From sequence record SRR2962707_937: a stretch of DNA of 41,316 nucleotides. One strand, given 5' to 3'. Positions 29,278 through 39,311 of the stretch are shown in pieces. The notes beneath the pieces are model-generated. The model searched no databases. It saw only the letters and a list, made by a program, of their open reading frames with translations, and had not been told where the DNA came from. Both the position numbers and the translations under genes were made by a program. Position 1 is the first letter of the stretch. Every line of letters begins with the position of its first letter.

Positions 29278-30686
29278 GGAACCTTCTTGAGACTCTGGTA
29301 AAGCGCGGCATACGTCCGGGCTGATTGATCCCAGCCGACGGGATGTGCCATCGCGTTCTTCATCATCCTCTGCCAATCCTTGGGGGAATGCCAGAGGTCA
29401 AACATCCGCATGACGGCCACGCGCAGGCAATTGGCCGTCACGGGCGAAAATTGAAATCCGGTGGCGACGCCCGCAGCCATTCCTGCAGGACTGGCGGGGA
29501 TCACGGTATCGGCAAGACCCCCGGTCAGGGCGACGAGCGGCAAGGTGCCATAGCGCAACCCGTAAAGCTGGGTCAGCCCGCAGGGTTCGAACCGTGATGG
29601 CACAAGGATGACGTCGCCCCCGGCGATCAGGTCGTGGGCGAGTGTTTCGTCATAGCCGATGCGCACCACAACGCCGGGATAGCGGGCGGCGGCGTCGCGA
29701 AATCCCGACTCAAGCTTGGCATCGCCTGATCCCAGCAACGCCAGCTGGGCACCGGACTCAATCAATGCGGGCAGAATATTCAGCAGCAGGTCCAGCCCCT
29801 TTTGTTCGGTCAGGCGGGAAATCACCACGCAGAGCGGGCCATCGCTGTGCGGCAGGCCAATCTCTTCGCGCAGTGCGCGTGTCCGGGCAGCCTTGCCTTT
29901 GGGCATTTTATACGGCGGATTCCAGGCATCAAGATCGATACCATTCAGGATGCCAGTCAGATCAGCCTGGCGTTCACGCAAAACGCCATCCAGTCCCACG
30001 CCAAATTCGGGGGTCATAAGTTCGGCGGCATAGGTCGGGCTGACCGTGCTGATCTTGTCAGCGGTGACAAGCCCGGCCTTCAGTGCGCTGATCTGGCCAT
30101 AATATTCGTACCCGCCGGGATTAAAGGACGACGCGGGCAGGCGCAGCGATCCAAGACGGTCGGCAGGGGCCAGACCCTGAAAGGCGATGTTATGGATGGT
30201 CAGCAGTGTGGCGACGCGATCCGCCGCGCCCATTTCGCGCAGATAGACCGGGGCGAACCCAGCCTGCCAGTCGTGCAAGTGCAGCACATCGGGGGCCCAG
30301 CCGTCGATCCCATGGGCGCCGATATGGGCGGCGGCCCAGGACAGCGCGGCAAAGCGTTCGGGGTTGTCCGGCCAGTCCCTGCCATCGGGGGCAAGGTAGA
30401 TCGAACCGGGACGGTCATAGAGGTGCGGCGCGTCCAGAACGTAGAGTACCTGATCCCCAAGCGCGCCACGTCGCAGCGTTGCGGTACCACCAAATAGATC
30501 CCCTAATTCTGCGACCGCCTGTGCGCCTTTGACACGGGCCGTTACCGGCGGATAGCCGGGCACAAGGGTGCGCATATCGACGCCAGATTCCGCCAGGGCG
30601 GCGGGCAGGGCGCCCACAACATCCGCAAGGCCGCCGGTTTTGACCAGCGGGACGCATTCGGATGCGACGGACAGAACCGCCGTCAT
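29274..30686 (-). CDS. glgA: Glycogen synthase (GT5)
   Basis: [42 protein letters not shown]. Start ATG 30686 (ATGA overlap with glgC). Confidence 0.97.
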   Translation of the reverse strand: MTAVLSVASECVPLVKTGGLADVVGALPAALAESGVDMRTLVPGYPPVTARVKGAQAVAELGDLFGGTATLRRGALGDQVLYVLDAPHLYDRPGSIYLAPDGRDWPDNPERFAALSWAAAHIGAHGIDGWAPDVLHLHDWQAGFAPVYLREMGAADRVATLLTIHNIAFQGLAPADRLGSLRLPASSFNPGGYEYYGQISALKAGLVTADKISTVSPTYAAELMTPEFGVGLDGVLRERQADLTGILNGIDLDAWNPPYKMPKGKAARTRALREEIGLPHSDGPLCVVISRLTEQKGLDLLLNILPALIESGAQLALLGSGDAKLESGFRDAAARYPGVVVRIGYDETLAHDLIAGGDVILVPSRFEPCGLTQLYGLRYGTLPLVALTGGLADTVIPASPAGMAAGVATGFQFSPVTANCLRVAVMRMFDLWHSPKDWQRMMKNAMAHPVGWDQSARTYAALYQSLKKVP

Positions 30687-31948
30687 AGGGCGGCGGTCCT
30701 TTTGTCCAGCATGTCCTGGGTGATCAGGGTCACCCCGCCTTCGGAGACGCGAAACCACTTCTTGTCCTCATCGGGGTCTTCTCCGACGATCAGGCCCTCG
30801 GGAATGTGCACGCCGCGATCAATCACCACCTTCGTCAGCCGGGCAGACCGCGCGACGTTCACATAAGGCAGAACAATCGCCTGATCGAGCGAGGCATAGG
30901 AATTGGTGTGTACCTGCGTGAACAGCAGCGAATTGCGGATCTCGGTGCCGGAAATGATGCACCCGCCTGAAACGAGAGAGCTGATGGCAACGCCCCGGCG
31001 GTTCGCCTCGTTATGGATGAACTTGGCCGGGGGGACGGATTCCGAATAGGTCCAGATCGGCCATTCGGTATCCCACATGTCCAGTTCGGGCGTAAAATCG
31101 GTAAGGTCCAGGTTTGCCTTCCAGAAGGCATCCACCGTGCCCACATCCCGCCAGTATGTCGGCGAGTCCGGAGTAGAGCGCACGCAGCTGTCGGTAAACC
31201 GGTGCGCCTGCGCCTTGCCGTTCTTGACGATGTCGGGGATCAGATCATTGCCGAAATCGTGGCTGGAATTCGGATCCTCGGCATCCCGGATCAGTAGATC
31301 GCGCAGGAATTTCCAGTTGAAGACGTAGATGCCCATCGACGCCAGCGTAACACTGGGGTCGTCCGGCGTGCCGGGCGGATCGGCGGGTTTTTCCAGAAAC
31401 GACGTGATCACGTCATTGCCATCCACGTCCAGCACGCCAAAGGCCGATGCCTCGGCCCGGGGGACGGTCAGACAACCGATGGTCACATCCGCGCCACAAT
31501 CGACGTGATGCTGGATCATCAGTTCGTAATCCATTTTGTAAATGTGATCGCCCGCCAGGATCAGCACGTAATCCACATCATAGCTGTCGACGATGTCGAT
31601 GTTCTGGGTCACGGCATCCGCAGTGCCGCGATACCATGCCTCATCTCCGCCACGCTGAGACGCGGGCAGTATGTCGAGGAATTCATTACGCTCGGCGCGA
31701 AAGAAGTTCCAGCCGCGCTGGCAGTGACGTATCAACGAATGCGCTTTGTATTGGGTTGCGACCGAAATCCGGCGGATTCCTGAATTCACCGCGTTGGACA
31801 GGGCAAAGTCGATGATCCGGGTTTTACCGCCGAAATAAACCGCCGGTTTCACCCGCCGATCCGTCAATTCATTGAGCCGCGAACCCCGGCCCCCGGCGAG
31901 CACGAACGCCATGGATTTGCTGGCGAGTCTATTGCTGGAAAGTGTCAT
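30683..31948 (-). CDS. glgC: Glucose-1-phosphate adenylyltransferase (ADP-glucose pyrophosphorylase)
   Basis: [66 protein letters not shown]. Confidence 0.97.
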   Translation of the reverse strand: MTLSSNRLASKSMAFVLAGGRGSRLNELTDRRVKPAVYFGGKTRIIDFALSNAVNSGIRRISVATQYKAHSLIRHCQRGWNFFRAERNEFLDILPASQRGGDEAWYRGTADAVTQNIDIVDSYDVDYVLILAGDHIYKMDYELMIQHHVDCGADVTIGCLTVPRAEASAFGVLDVDGNDVITSFLEKPADPPGTPDDPSVTLASMGIYVFNWKFLRDLLIRDAEDPNSSHDFGNDLIPDIVKNGKAQAHRFTDSCVRSTPDSPTYWRDVGTVDAFWKANLDLTDFTPELDMWDTEWPIWTYSESVPPAKFIHNEANRRGVAISSLVSGGCIISGTEIRNSLLFTQVHTNSYASLDQAIVLPYVNVARSARLTKVVIDRGVHIPEGLIVGEDPDEDKKWFRVSEGGVTLITQDMLDKRTAAL

Positions 31949-32023
31949 TGGTGGTCTCCTCCCTTTGTGTGGCAGCCTTGTCGGGCCACCTTATTATCAC
32001 ACCAGACCGAATTTCTTTTATTG

Positions 32024-34210
32024 TCAGTCCTTTATCAAAAATATCGTGGAAAGTGGCGGCAGCAGTACCGTGGCGCTGGCAGACTGTCCGTGGCTGGGTT
32101 CATCCGTCGCGGTGACGCGGCCCATGTTGCCACGCCCGCCGCCGCCATAGACATAGGCATCCGTGTTCAGCGCCTCGCGCCAGGTGCCGCCGGACGGCAG
32201 GCCGATGCGATAGGCCGGATGTTCCAGCGGAGTCATGTTGCTGATCACAACGACCTCTGGGTCGCCCGGCGCACCGCGTCGGATCCAGCCATAGACAGAT
32301 GCGTCGGCATCGTCTGCCTCGATCCATTGAAAGCCCTCGGGATCGCAATCCTTGGCATGCAGGGCAGGGGTGGTCGTGTAGAGAGTGTTGAGATCGCGCA
32401 CCAGCGACTGAATGCCCTTATGGTTGGGCTTTTGTGCACCTATCCAGTCAATTTCGCTGTCGTGGTTCCATTCCTTGGCCTGGGCAAATTCCTGGCCCAT
32501 GAACAGCAGCTTTTTGCCGGGGTGGCCCCACATGAAACCGTAGTAGGCCCGCAGGTTCGCGAACTTTTCCAACTCATTACCGGGCATGCGATCCAGCATG
32601 GACCCCTTGCCGTGGACCACCTCGTCATGGCTGATCGGCAGGATAAAGTTTTCGCTGAAGGCATATTGCAGGCCAAAGGTCATCTGGTGGTGGTGATGTT
32701 TACGATACAGTGGATCGGTTTTCATGTAATCCAGCGTGTCGTTCATCCAGCCCATGTTCCACTTGAACCCAAAGCCAAGGCCGCCGTCAAAGACAGGGCG
32801 CGATACCTTGGGAAAGGATGTGGATTCCTCGGCCACGGTCATGATGCCGGGCACTTCTCCGTAGGTGAGGATGTTCATGTTTTGCAGCAATGCGATGGCT
32901 TCGTAATTCTCGCGCCCGCCGTCCTTGTTAGGGACCCATTCGCCATCTTTGCGCGAATAGTCGCGGTAGAGCATCGAGGCGACGGCGTCTACACGCAAAC
33001 CGTCGACATGGTATTCATCTAGCCAATACAGCGCGTTCGACGCCAGATAGTTCGCCACTTCGCGCCGACCGTAGTTATAGATCAGCGTGTTCCAGTCCTG
33101 ATGGAACCCTTCGCGCGGATCGCCATGTTCATAAAGCGCGGTGCCGTCGAACTGGCCCAACCCGTGCGCGTCTGTCGGGAAATGCCCTGGCACCCAGTCG
33201 AGCAGAACGCCGATGTCGGCCTTGTGCGCGGCGTTGATCAAATCTCGGAATTCATGTGGCGGCCCGTGTCGGATGGTGGGGGCGAACATGCCCACCGGCT
33301 GATAGCCCCACGACCCGTCAAAGGGATATTCGCTGATCGGCATCAGTTCGATGTGGGTGAACCCCATATCCTTGACATAAGCGATCAGTTCATCGGCAGC
33401 TTCGATATAGGAAATCGGGCGGCCGTGTTCTTTGCGCCGCCATGACCCAAGATGCACCTCGTAAACGGAAATCGCGGCGTCGCGTGAATTGTTCTGCGCG
33501 CGTTTGTCCATCCATCCGTTGTCTGACCAGCCGTAACCAGTGATGTCGCGCACGACGCTGGCATTTTCGGGCGGGTGTTGTGACCCAAAGCCGACTGGAT
33601 CGGCCTTGAGAGGCATAACCGCCCCCTGGGCGCCGACGATTTCGTATTTATAGACGGTGCCATCCGCTACGCCGGGGATAAAAATCTCCCACACGCCGGT
33701 CGCACCCCGGCGGCGCATCACATGGCGGCGTCCGTCCCATAGGTTGAAATCCCCCACCACCGACACGCGCCGAGCATTTGGGGCCCAGACCGCAAAGGAG
33801 GTACCCTGCACGCCTTCGTGTTCGCGCACATGGGCACCCAGCACCTGCCAGAGCTTCTGATGTGTGCCTTCGCCCAGAAGGTATTCGTCTATATCGCCCA
33901 AGACGGGTCCAAATCTGTATGCATCTTCGCCATCCCATGTCTCTCCGGATTCGTTCTGGCCACGCAGGACATACGGTTTGGACCCTGGAACGGTTCCGCG
34001 GAAAATTCCGGGCAGACCGGATTGCGGTGCAAGGACATGGGGCGTTCCGTCAATGATGGCCCACATAACGGTCGCGCCGGGATCATAGGCGGTGACGCAA
34101 CGGTCGATGCCGTCCCCATGCGGTCCAAGGATGGCAAAAGGATCATCGCAACGCGCGTCGATCACGCGTTGCAACATGGCGAAAGTTTTTGGGTCTGATT
34201 GCTCTGTCAT
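32024..34210 (-). CDS. glgB: 1,4-alpha-glucan branching enzyme
   Basis: FAVWAPNA, YEVHLGSW, SWGYQ, DWVPGHF, DGLRVDAVASM, AEES, SHDEVVHGK. Confidence 0.97.
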   Translation of the reverse strand: MTEQSDPKTFAMLQRVIDARCDDPFAILGPHGDGIDRCVTAYDPGATVMWAIIDGTPHVLAPQSGLPGIFRGTVPGSKPYVLRGQNESGETWDGEDAYRFGPVLGDIDEYLLGEGTHQKLWQVLGAHVREHEGVQGTSFAVWAPNARRVSVVGDFNLWDGRRHVMRRRGATGVWEIFIPGVADGTVYKYEIVGAQGAVMPLKADPVGFGSQHPPENASVVRDITGYGWSDNGWMDKRAQNNSRDAAISVYEVHLGSWRRKEHGRPISYIEAADELIAYVKDMGFTHIELMPISEYPFDGSWGYQPVGMFAPTIRHGPPHEFRDLINAAHKADIGVLLDWVPGHFPTDAHGLGQFDGTALYEHGDPREGFHQDWNTLIYNYGRREVANYLASNALYWLDEYHVDGLRVDAVASMLYRDYSRKDGEWVPNKDGGRENYEAIALLQNMNILTYGEVPGIMTVAEESTSFPKVSRPVFDGGLGFGFKWNMGWMNDTLDYMKTDPLYRKHHHHQMTFGLQYAFSENFILPISHDEVVHGKGSMLDRMPGNELEKFANLRAYYGFMWGHPGKKLLFMGQEFAQAKEWNHDSEIDWIGAQKPNHKGIQSLVRDLNTLYTTTPALHAKDCDPEGFQWIEADDADASVYGWIRRGAPGDPEVVVISNMTPLEHPAYRIGLPSGGTWREALNTDAYVYGGGGRGNMGRVTATDEPSHGQSASATVLLPPLSTIFLIKD

Positions 34211-34415
34211 AGGGTAACCCTATGCGCGTTTTTATCTTCTGCAAGGGGCTTTGGGGGATTCTGGCCGGTTCGCACAATTTCAGTGCGCCTTGCTGGCCTA
34301 CAATCTTAGGTAGTAAGTCGGGCCACCGAAAGGCGCGTGTCAACGCGTCGCAGATGCGCAGATATGCAAAGCCCAGCACCCAGAAATTGGGCGGATCGTC
34401 TGCGGCCGGTGCGGC

Positions 34416-34439
34416 CCGGCCCGGGGTGCGCCGGGCCGG
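34416..34439 (-). other. GC-rich hairpin just downstream of glgP (stabiliser or partial terminator)
   Basis: CCGGCCCGG-N6-CCGGGCCGG, a 9-bp stem 10 nt after the glgP stop; no U-tract. Confidence 0.5.
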
Positions 34440-34449
34440 TATAATGCGA

Positions 34450-36855
34450 TCAGGTGTCGAGCAGGCTTTTGGCGTCCCAGATCTGGGACATGTAATCCGT
34501 GATCGTGCGGTCGGACGAGAACCAGCCAGAGCGCGCAGTGTTCAGCGCGGCCATGGTCATCCAGTGCGTCTTGTCCTTAAAGGCGGCATCCGCCTCACGC
34601 TGGGCACGATAATAGTCAGTAAAGTCCGACGTCACGAGGAAGTAGTCCGGCCCCGACAGGTTTTCGGTGATATTGTGATACCGGGTCGGTTCATCCGGGG
34701 AAAACACGCCATCGTGGATTGCCTTGAGCGCTGCACCAAGCCGCGGGTCGGCGGCGATGGCTTGGGCGGCATGGTCCTTTATCGCGCGGCGGGCTTCGAC
34801 CTTGTCTGCGGTCATGCCGAACAGGAAAAAGTTTTCCGCCCCTACATGTTCACGGATTTCGACGTTTGCGCCGTCAAGCGTGCCGACCGTCAACGCGCCG
34901 TTTAGGGCAAATTTCATGTTGCCGGTGCCGGATGCCTCTTTCCCGGCGGTCGAAATCTGTTCGGACAGGTCAGCGGCGGGGATCAGGCGTTCGGCCAACG
35001 TGACGTTGTAGTTCGGCAAGAACGCGACCTGCAGTATATCGCGGGTATCGGTGTCGGCGTTCAGTACCTTGGCCACATCGTTGATCAGGCGAATGATATC
35101 CTTGGCAAAGAAATATCCCGGCGCGGCCTTACCGGCAAAGATCTTGAGCCGGGGCGTCCAGTCTACCGTGGGGTTGGCCTTGATCTCTTGCCAGAGGGCG
35201 ATCGCCTCAAGGATATTCAGGTGCTGACGCTTGTATTCGTGCAGGCGTTTGATCTGAACGTCGAACATCATTTCAGGATCGACAGTTATCCCGGCTGTCG
35301 TGGCCATCCAGTTGGACAGATCTGCCTTGTTTTCGCGTTTGGCAGCGGCGAATTTCTCAAGCCAGGCGGGATCTGTGACATGTGGTTCCAGCTGTTTCAG
35401 CTGTTCAAGCTGGTCAGCCCAGTCTTCGCCGATTGTGTCGGTGATCAGACCCGCCAGGCGTGGATTGCATGACAGCAGCCAGCGGCGCGGCGTGACGCCG
35501 TTGGTTTCATTGATGATGCGGTTGGGGTGCAGGCGGTGGAATTCGGAAAATACGGTGGTCTTCATCAAGTCCGTGTGCAGCGCCGAGACGCCATTGACCT
35601 TGTGCGCCATAATGAACGACAGCTCGCCCATTTTGACGTGATTATCCGAACGCGCGGCGACAGTGCGGGTGGGGTGCGCCTTGGCGTGGGCATCGTCAAT
35701 TCGGTCGATGATTTGCAGATGGCGCGGCAGTAGCTTGCCGAACAGACCCTCGTGCCAGCTTTCGAGGGCTTCGGGCAGCAGCGTGTGGTTGGTATAGCTC
35801 AGGCAGGCCTGAGCCGTGTTCATCGCCACGTCGAACGGCAGGCCGCGTTCGTCATGCAGGATGCGTACCAGTTCTGGTCCGGCGATGGCAGGGTGGGTGT
35901 CATTCATCTGGATCGCGACCTTGCTGGGCAGCTTGCCCAGATCGTCGTATTCGGAATCAAAGCGGCGCATGATATCGGCCAGGGCGGCACCGGTCAGGAA
36001 ATATTCCTGTTTGAGACGCAATTCCTTGCCCTGATCAGTGGTGTCATCGGGGTAAAGCACACGCGAAATCGTGCGGGCCAGCGCCTCGGGTTCGGCAGCG
36101 CCAGTAAAATCGCCTCGGTTGAAACTATCAAGGTCGAAGGGGCCATCCGATGCCCTCGCCGACCAGAGCCGCAGCGTATTGGCCCACCGACCTTTCCAGC
36201 CGATGACGGGGGTGTCGTAAGCCTCGGCATCGACGGAATCGGATGGGGTCCAGACGGTTTTGCCCGCCTTTGTTGTGACCTCGCCGCCGAAACCGATGCG
36301 ATAGCGCGATTCGGGGCGTTCGAATTCCCAGGCGTGGCGCTGCAGCAGCCAGGTTTCCGGCGCTTCCATCTGGCGGCCATCTGCAAAGGATTGGCGGAAC
36401 AGGCCGTGTTCATAGCGGATGCCATACCCATAGGCTGGGCATCCAAGGGTCGAGAGCGATTCAAGGAAGCAGGCGGCCAGTCGGCCCAGTCCGCCGTTGC
36501 CAAGCGCCGCGTCGGGTTCGTCCTTGAGAACGGTGTCGAAATCCTGGCCAAAGGATGCCAGCGCATCGCGCGCTTGATCGACCAGCCGCAGGTTGACGAT
36601 GCCATCTTCGAGTAGCCGGCCGATCAGGAATTCCATCGACAGGTAATAAACCCGCTTGGCCCCGGCCTTATAGGTCTTTTGGGTGGCGGCGAACCAACTG
36701 TCGACGATCTGATCACGCACGGCAAAGGACAAGGCCATGCGCCAATCTTCGATCTGTGCGTGCCCGGCGTCTTTGCCCAGATTGTAGGTCAGGTGGCGCA
36801 GGATTGCCTTGCGAAACTCTTCTGTCGTCAGGGTGTTGCGGCTGACCATGTTCAT
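34450..36855 (-). CDS. glgP: Glycogen/maltodextrin phosphorylase (GT35)
   Basis: YYLSMEFL, LGNGGLGRLAAC, QMNDTHP, YTNHT, IKRLHEYKRQ, EASGTGNMKF (PLP Lys). Confidence 0.97.
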   Translation of the reverse strand: MNMVSRNTLTTEEFRKAILRHLTYNLGKDAGHAQIEDWRMALSFAVRDQIVDSWFAATQKTYKAGAKRVYYLSMEFLIGRLLEDGIVNLRLVDQARDALASFGQDFDTVLKDEPDAALGNGGLGRLAACFLESLSTLGCPAYGYGIRYEHGLFRQSFADGRQMEAPETWLLQRHAWEFERPESRYRIGFGGEVTTKAGKTVWTPSDSVDAEAYDTPVIGWKGRWANTLRLWSARASDGPFDLDSFNRGDFTGAAEPEALARTISRVLYPDDTTDQGKELRLKQEYFLTGAALADIMRRFDSEYDDLGKLPSKVAIQMNDTHPAIAGPELVRILHDERGLPFDVAMNTAQACLSYTNHTLLPEALESWHEGLFGKLLPRHLQIIDRIDDAHAKAHPTRTVAARSDNHVKMGELSFIMAHKVNGVSALHTDLMKTTVFSEFHRLHPNRIINETNGVTPRRWLLSCNPRLAGLITDTIGEDWADQLEQLKQLEPHVTDPAWLEKFAAAKRENKADLSNWMATTAGITVDPEMMFDVQIKRLHEYKRQHLNILEAIALWQEIKANPTVDWTPRLKIFAGKAAPGYFFAKDIIRLINDVAKVLNADTDTRDILQVAFLPNYNVTLAERLIPAADLSEQISTAGKEASGTGNMKFALNGALTVGTLDGANVEIREHVGAENFFLFGMTADKVEARRAIKDHAAQAIAADPRLGAALKAIHDGVFSPDEPTRYHNITENLSGPDYFLVTSDFTDYYRAQREADAAFKDKTHWMTMAALNTARSGWFSSDRTITDYMSQIWDAKSLLDT

Positions 36856-37006
36856 GTGTCTACGTCCCGTTCTGCTGTGCCAGATGATGGCGTTATAGCC
36901 ATCAATAACGCTGTTTCGTTAAAGGCAACAGCGTGACCGGATATGCCCCTTCGGAACTGCCTATTGTTTTGGCAGCGGCGCTATTTTAATCGAACTTTGC
37001 GGGTGT

Positions 37007-37984
37007 TCAGCTGTCCTGCGCCATGATTTCGGCCAGATGACAGGCGGACCCGGTCAGGGCGGCATAATCGTCGGTCACCAGGTGCACGGGGAATTGTTTC
37101 ATGAAATCAGCGAAACGCCCCTTGTCGCAGAACGCCTCGGCAAACCCTTTGCCGAGCAAGTGCGGCCCAAAGTGGCGCGCAACGCCGCCGATCAGGTATA
37201 TTCCGCCAAACGGCAGGTTGATCAGGGCAAGGTTGCCCGTGACGCGCCCCAGCATATGGGTGAATACCTCGATCGCGCGGTCGGCTCGCGGCGCGTTTCC
37301 CGCCTCAGCCGCCTGCATGATCGCATTGGCCTCCAGCGGTTCGGCCCCGCCATCCTCTTCGCATAGCCAGGCATAGACGCGTTCAAACCCTCGGCCGGAC
37401 AGAACGTCTTCGACCCCTGGGGTGCCGTGCCTGCGGGCGATAAAGGCCATCAGGCGCAATTCTTCTTCGGTTTGCAGGGGCAGGGTGATGTGCCCGGATT
37501 CCGATGGCGGGACCAGCGTCATCCCGCCAAGGCGGAACACCGGCGCGGCGTTCATGCCGGTGCCGACGCCGACCACCAGTTTGGCAGCATGGGCACCAGC
37601 GGTCAGGCCCGGCATCAGGCAGGTCAGGTTTTCGGGCGTCAGATGATCCAGCGCGTGGCCCTGCGCCTGAAGGTCGTTCAAAACGGCGACAGTGCGTGCG
37701 CCGGTCGCCTCTGCTATCATGGCGCGGTCGACGGTCCAGTCGAGATTGGTCAACTGCCCCACGCCGTCCCGCACCGGTCCGGCCATGGCGACGCAGGCCG
37801 CGTCGGGCGTGGTATTCAGCGCGCCAAGATACTGGACGAGGACTTCGTTCAGACCAGAATGATCGACGTTGCGAAAGCGGCGGATGGTGTCGGTCTGAAC
37901 CACTGTACCTCGGGTCATGGCGACCCGTGTATTGGTTCCGCCAATATCGGCGACGACTGCGGAGATGTCTGTGCTGTTGGCCAT
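37007..37984 (-). CDS. glk: Glucokinase
   Basis: ADIGGTNTR, AGPV, LTN, LNDLQA, GVGTG, SESGH, LSGRG, GGIYLIGG. Confidence 0.92.
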   Translation of the reverse strand: MANSTDISAVVADIGGTNTRVAMTRGTVVQTDTIRRFRNVDHSGLNEVLVQYLGALNTTPDAACVAMAGPVRDGVGQLTNLDWTVDRAMIAEATGARTVAVLNDLQAQGHALDHLTPENLTCLMPGLTAGAHAAKLVVGVGTGMNAAPVFRLGGMTLVPPSESGHITLPLQTEEELRLMAFIARRHGTPGVEDVLSGRGFERVYAWLCEEDGGAEPLEANAIMQAAEAGNAPRADRAIEVFTHMLGRVTGNLALINLPFGGIYLIGGVARHFGPHLLGKGFAEAFCDKGRFADFMKQFPVHLVTDDYAALTGSACHLAEIMAQDS

Positions 37985-37988
37985 GGAG

Positions 37989-39311
37989 CTACTCTTTCAG
38001 TGCCTTTGCGAGCGCTTGGTACGAGGCTTTGGGCGTGCGGGCAAGGCTGTCAAAGTCCACATGCACCAGACCGAACCGTTTTTCGTATCCCAAGGCCCAT
38101 TCGTAGTTGTCCAGAAGCGACCACATGTAATAGCCATCTACCGGCACGCCTTCATCTATGGCGCGTTTGATCGCGGCCATATGCTGATCCAGAAAATCGG
38201 TCCGGTTCGGATCGCTGACCGCACCGTTTTCAAGGATGTCCGGCGCAGCAAGGCCGTTTTCAGTGACGATCAGGGGCATGTCGCCAGTGTATTCCGCTGC
38301 CGTGCGTTTGAGAAACCGGTACAGCCCCTCGGGGTAGATCTCCCAGTCCATGAACGTCTTGGGTAGCGGTCCGGGCACCTCGTCAAGGCTGGGCCAGGGC
38401 CCATCATTGGGGGCGATCACCTTGCGGGTGTAGTAGTTGAGCCCGCACCAGTCGACCTTTTCGCCGATGATTGGGAAATCGTCCTGCCAACCACGGGGCA
38501 GGTGCTGTTCCATGCCGTCCAGAACGGTCTGTGGGTACGATCCCTTGAACACACCATCAAGGTAAAAGCGGTTGTAGTAGCCGTCATATGTCGCGGCGGC
38601 CCGGGCAGCTTCGGGGGAATCATCCACCGGCTGTGCCCATTCCATATTGAACACCGCGCCCAGGTTGTTCAGGCCCATGGCGCGCATCGCCTGCGTTGCC
38701 GTGCCGTGGGCCAGCAGGACGTGGTGCATCGCGCGGGCAGTGGCGCGGATGTCGCGCAGGCCTGGCGCATGAAACCCTAGAAAATGGCTCATCCAGGCGA
38801 CGCACCAGGGTTCGTTGATCGGAGCGACGGAATACATCCGGTCGCCGATGCGGCCCATAATCACTTCGGCAAATTCAGCGAACCATTTCGCGATGTCGCG
38901 ATTGGTCCAGCCGCCCAGATCCGCCAGCGGCGATGGCAGTTCCCAGTGATACAACGTGGCACATGGCTTGATCCCGCGTTCGAGCATCGCGTCCGTCAGC
39001 CGGTCGTAGAAATCGAGTCCCTCTGGGTTCGGCGTACCGCGCCCTTCGGGCATGATCCGCGCCCAAGAAGTGGAAAAGCGGTAACTGTCAAATCCTGCCG
39101 CCTGAACCAAATCAAGATCGGCCTCGTACTGGTGATAGTGATCACAGGCGCGCAGACCATTTTCGGCGCGTACCACGTTGCCGGGCGTGGCGGCAAAGGT
39201 GTCCCAGTGGCTCGGGCCCGCGCCGCCAAAGCCATGGCCTTCGATCTGATAGCTTGATGTCGCGGTGCCAAACTGGAACCCTGGTGGAAAGTCGCTGCGT
39301 TTGTGTTTCAT
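37989..39311 (-). CDS. Glycoside hydrolase family 1 (beta-glucosidase)
   Basis: FGTATSSYQIEG, YRFSTSWAR, TLYHWELP, NEPW (acid/base), TENG (nucleophile), WSLLDNYEW. Confidence 0.94.
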   Translation of the reverse strand: MKHKRSDFPPGFQFGTATSSYQIEGHGFGGAGPSHWDTFAATPGNVVRAENGLRACDHYHQYEADLDLVQAAGFDSYRFSTSWARIMPEGRGTPNPEGLDFYDRLTDAMLERGIKPCATLYHWELPSPLADLGGWTNRDIAKWFAEFAEVIMGRIGDRMYSVAPINEPWCVAWMSHFLGFHAPGLRDIRATARAMHHVLLAHGTATQAMRAMGLNNLGAVFNMEWAQPVDDSPEAARAAATYDGYYNRFYLDGVFKGSYPQTVLDGMEQHLPRGWQDDFPIIGEKVDWCGLNYYTRKVIAPNDGPWPSLDEVPGPLPKTFMDWEIYPEGLYRFLKRTAAEYTGDMPLIVTENGLAAPDILENGAVSDPNRTDFLDQHMAAIKRAIDEGVPVDGYYMWSLLDNYEWALGYEKRFGLVHVDFDSLARTPKASYQALAKALKE

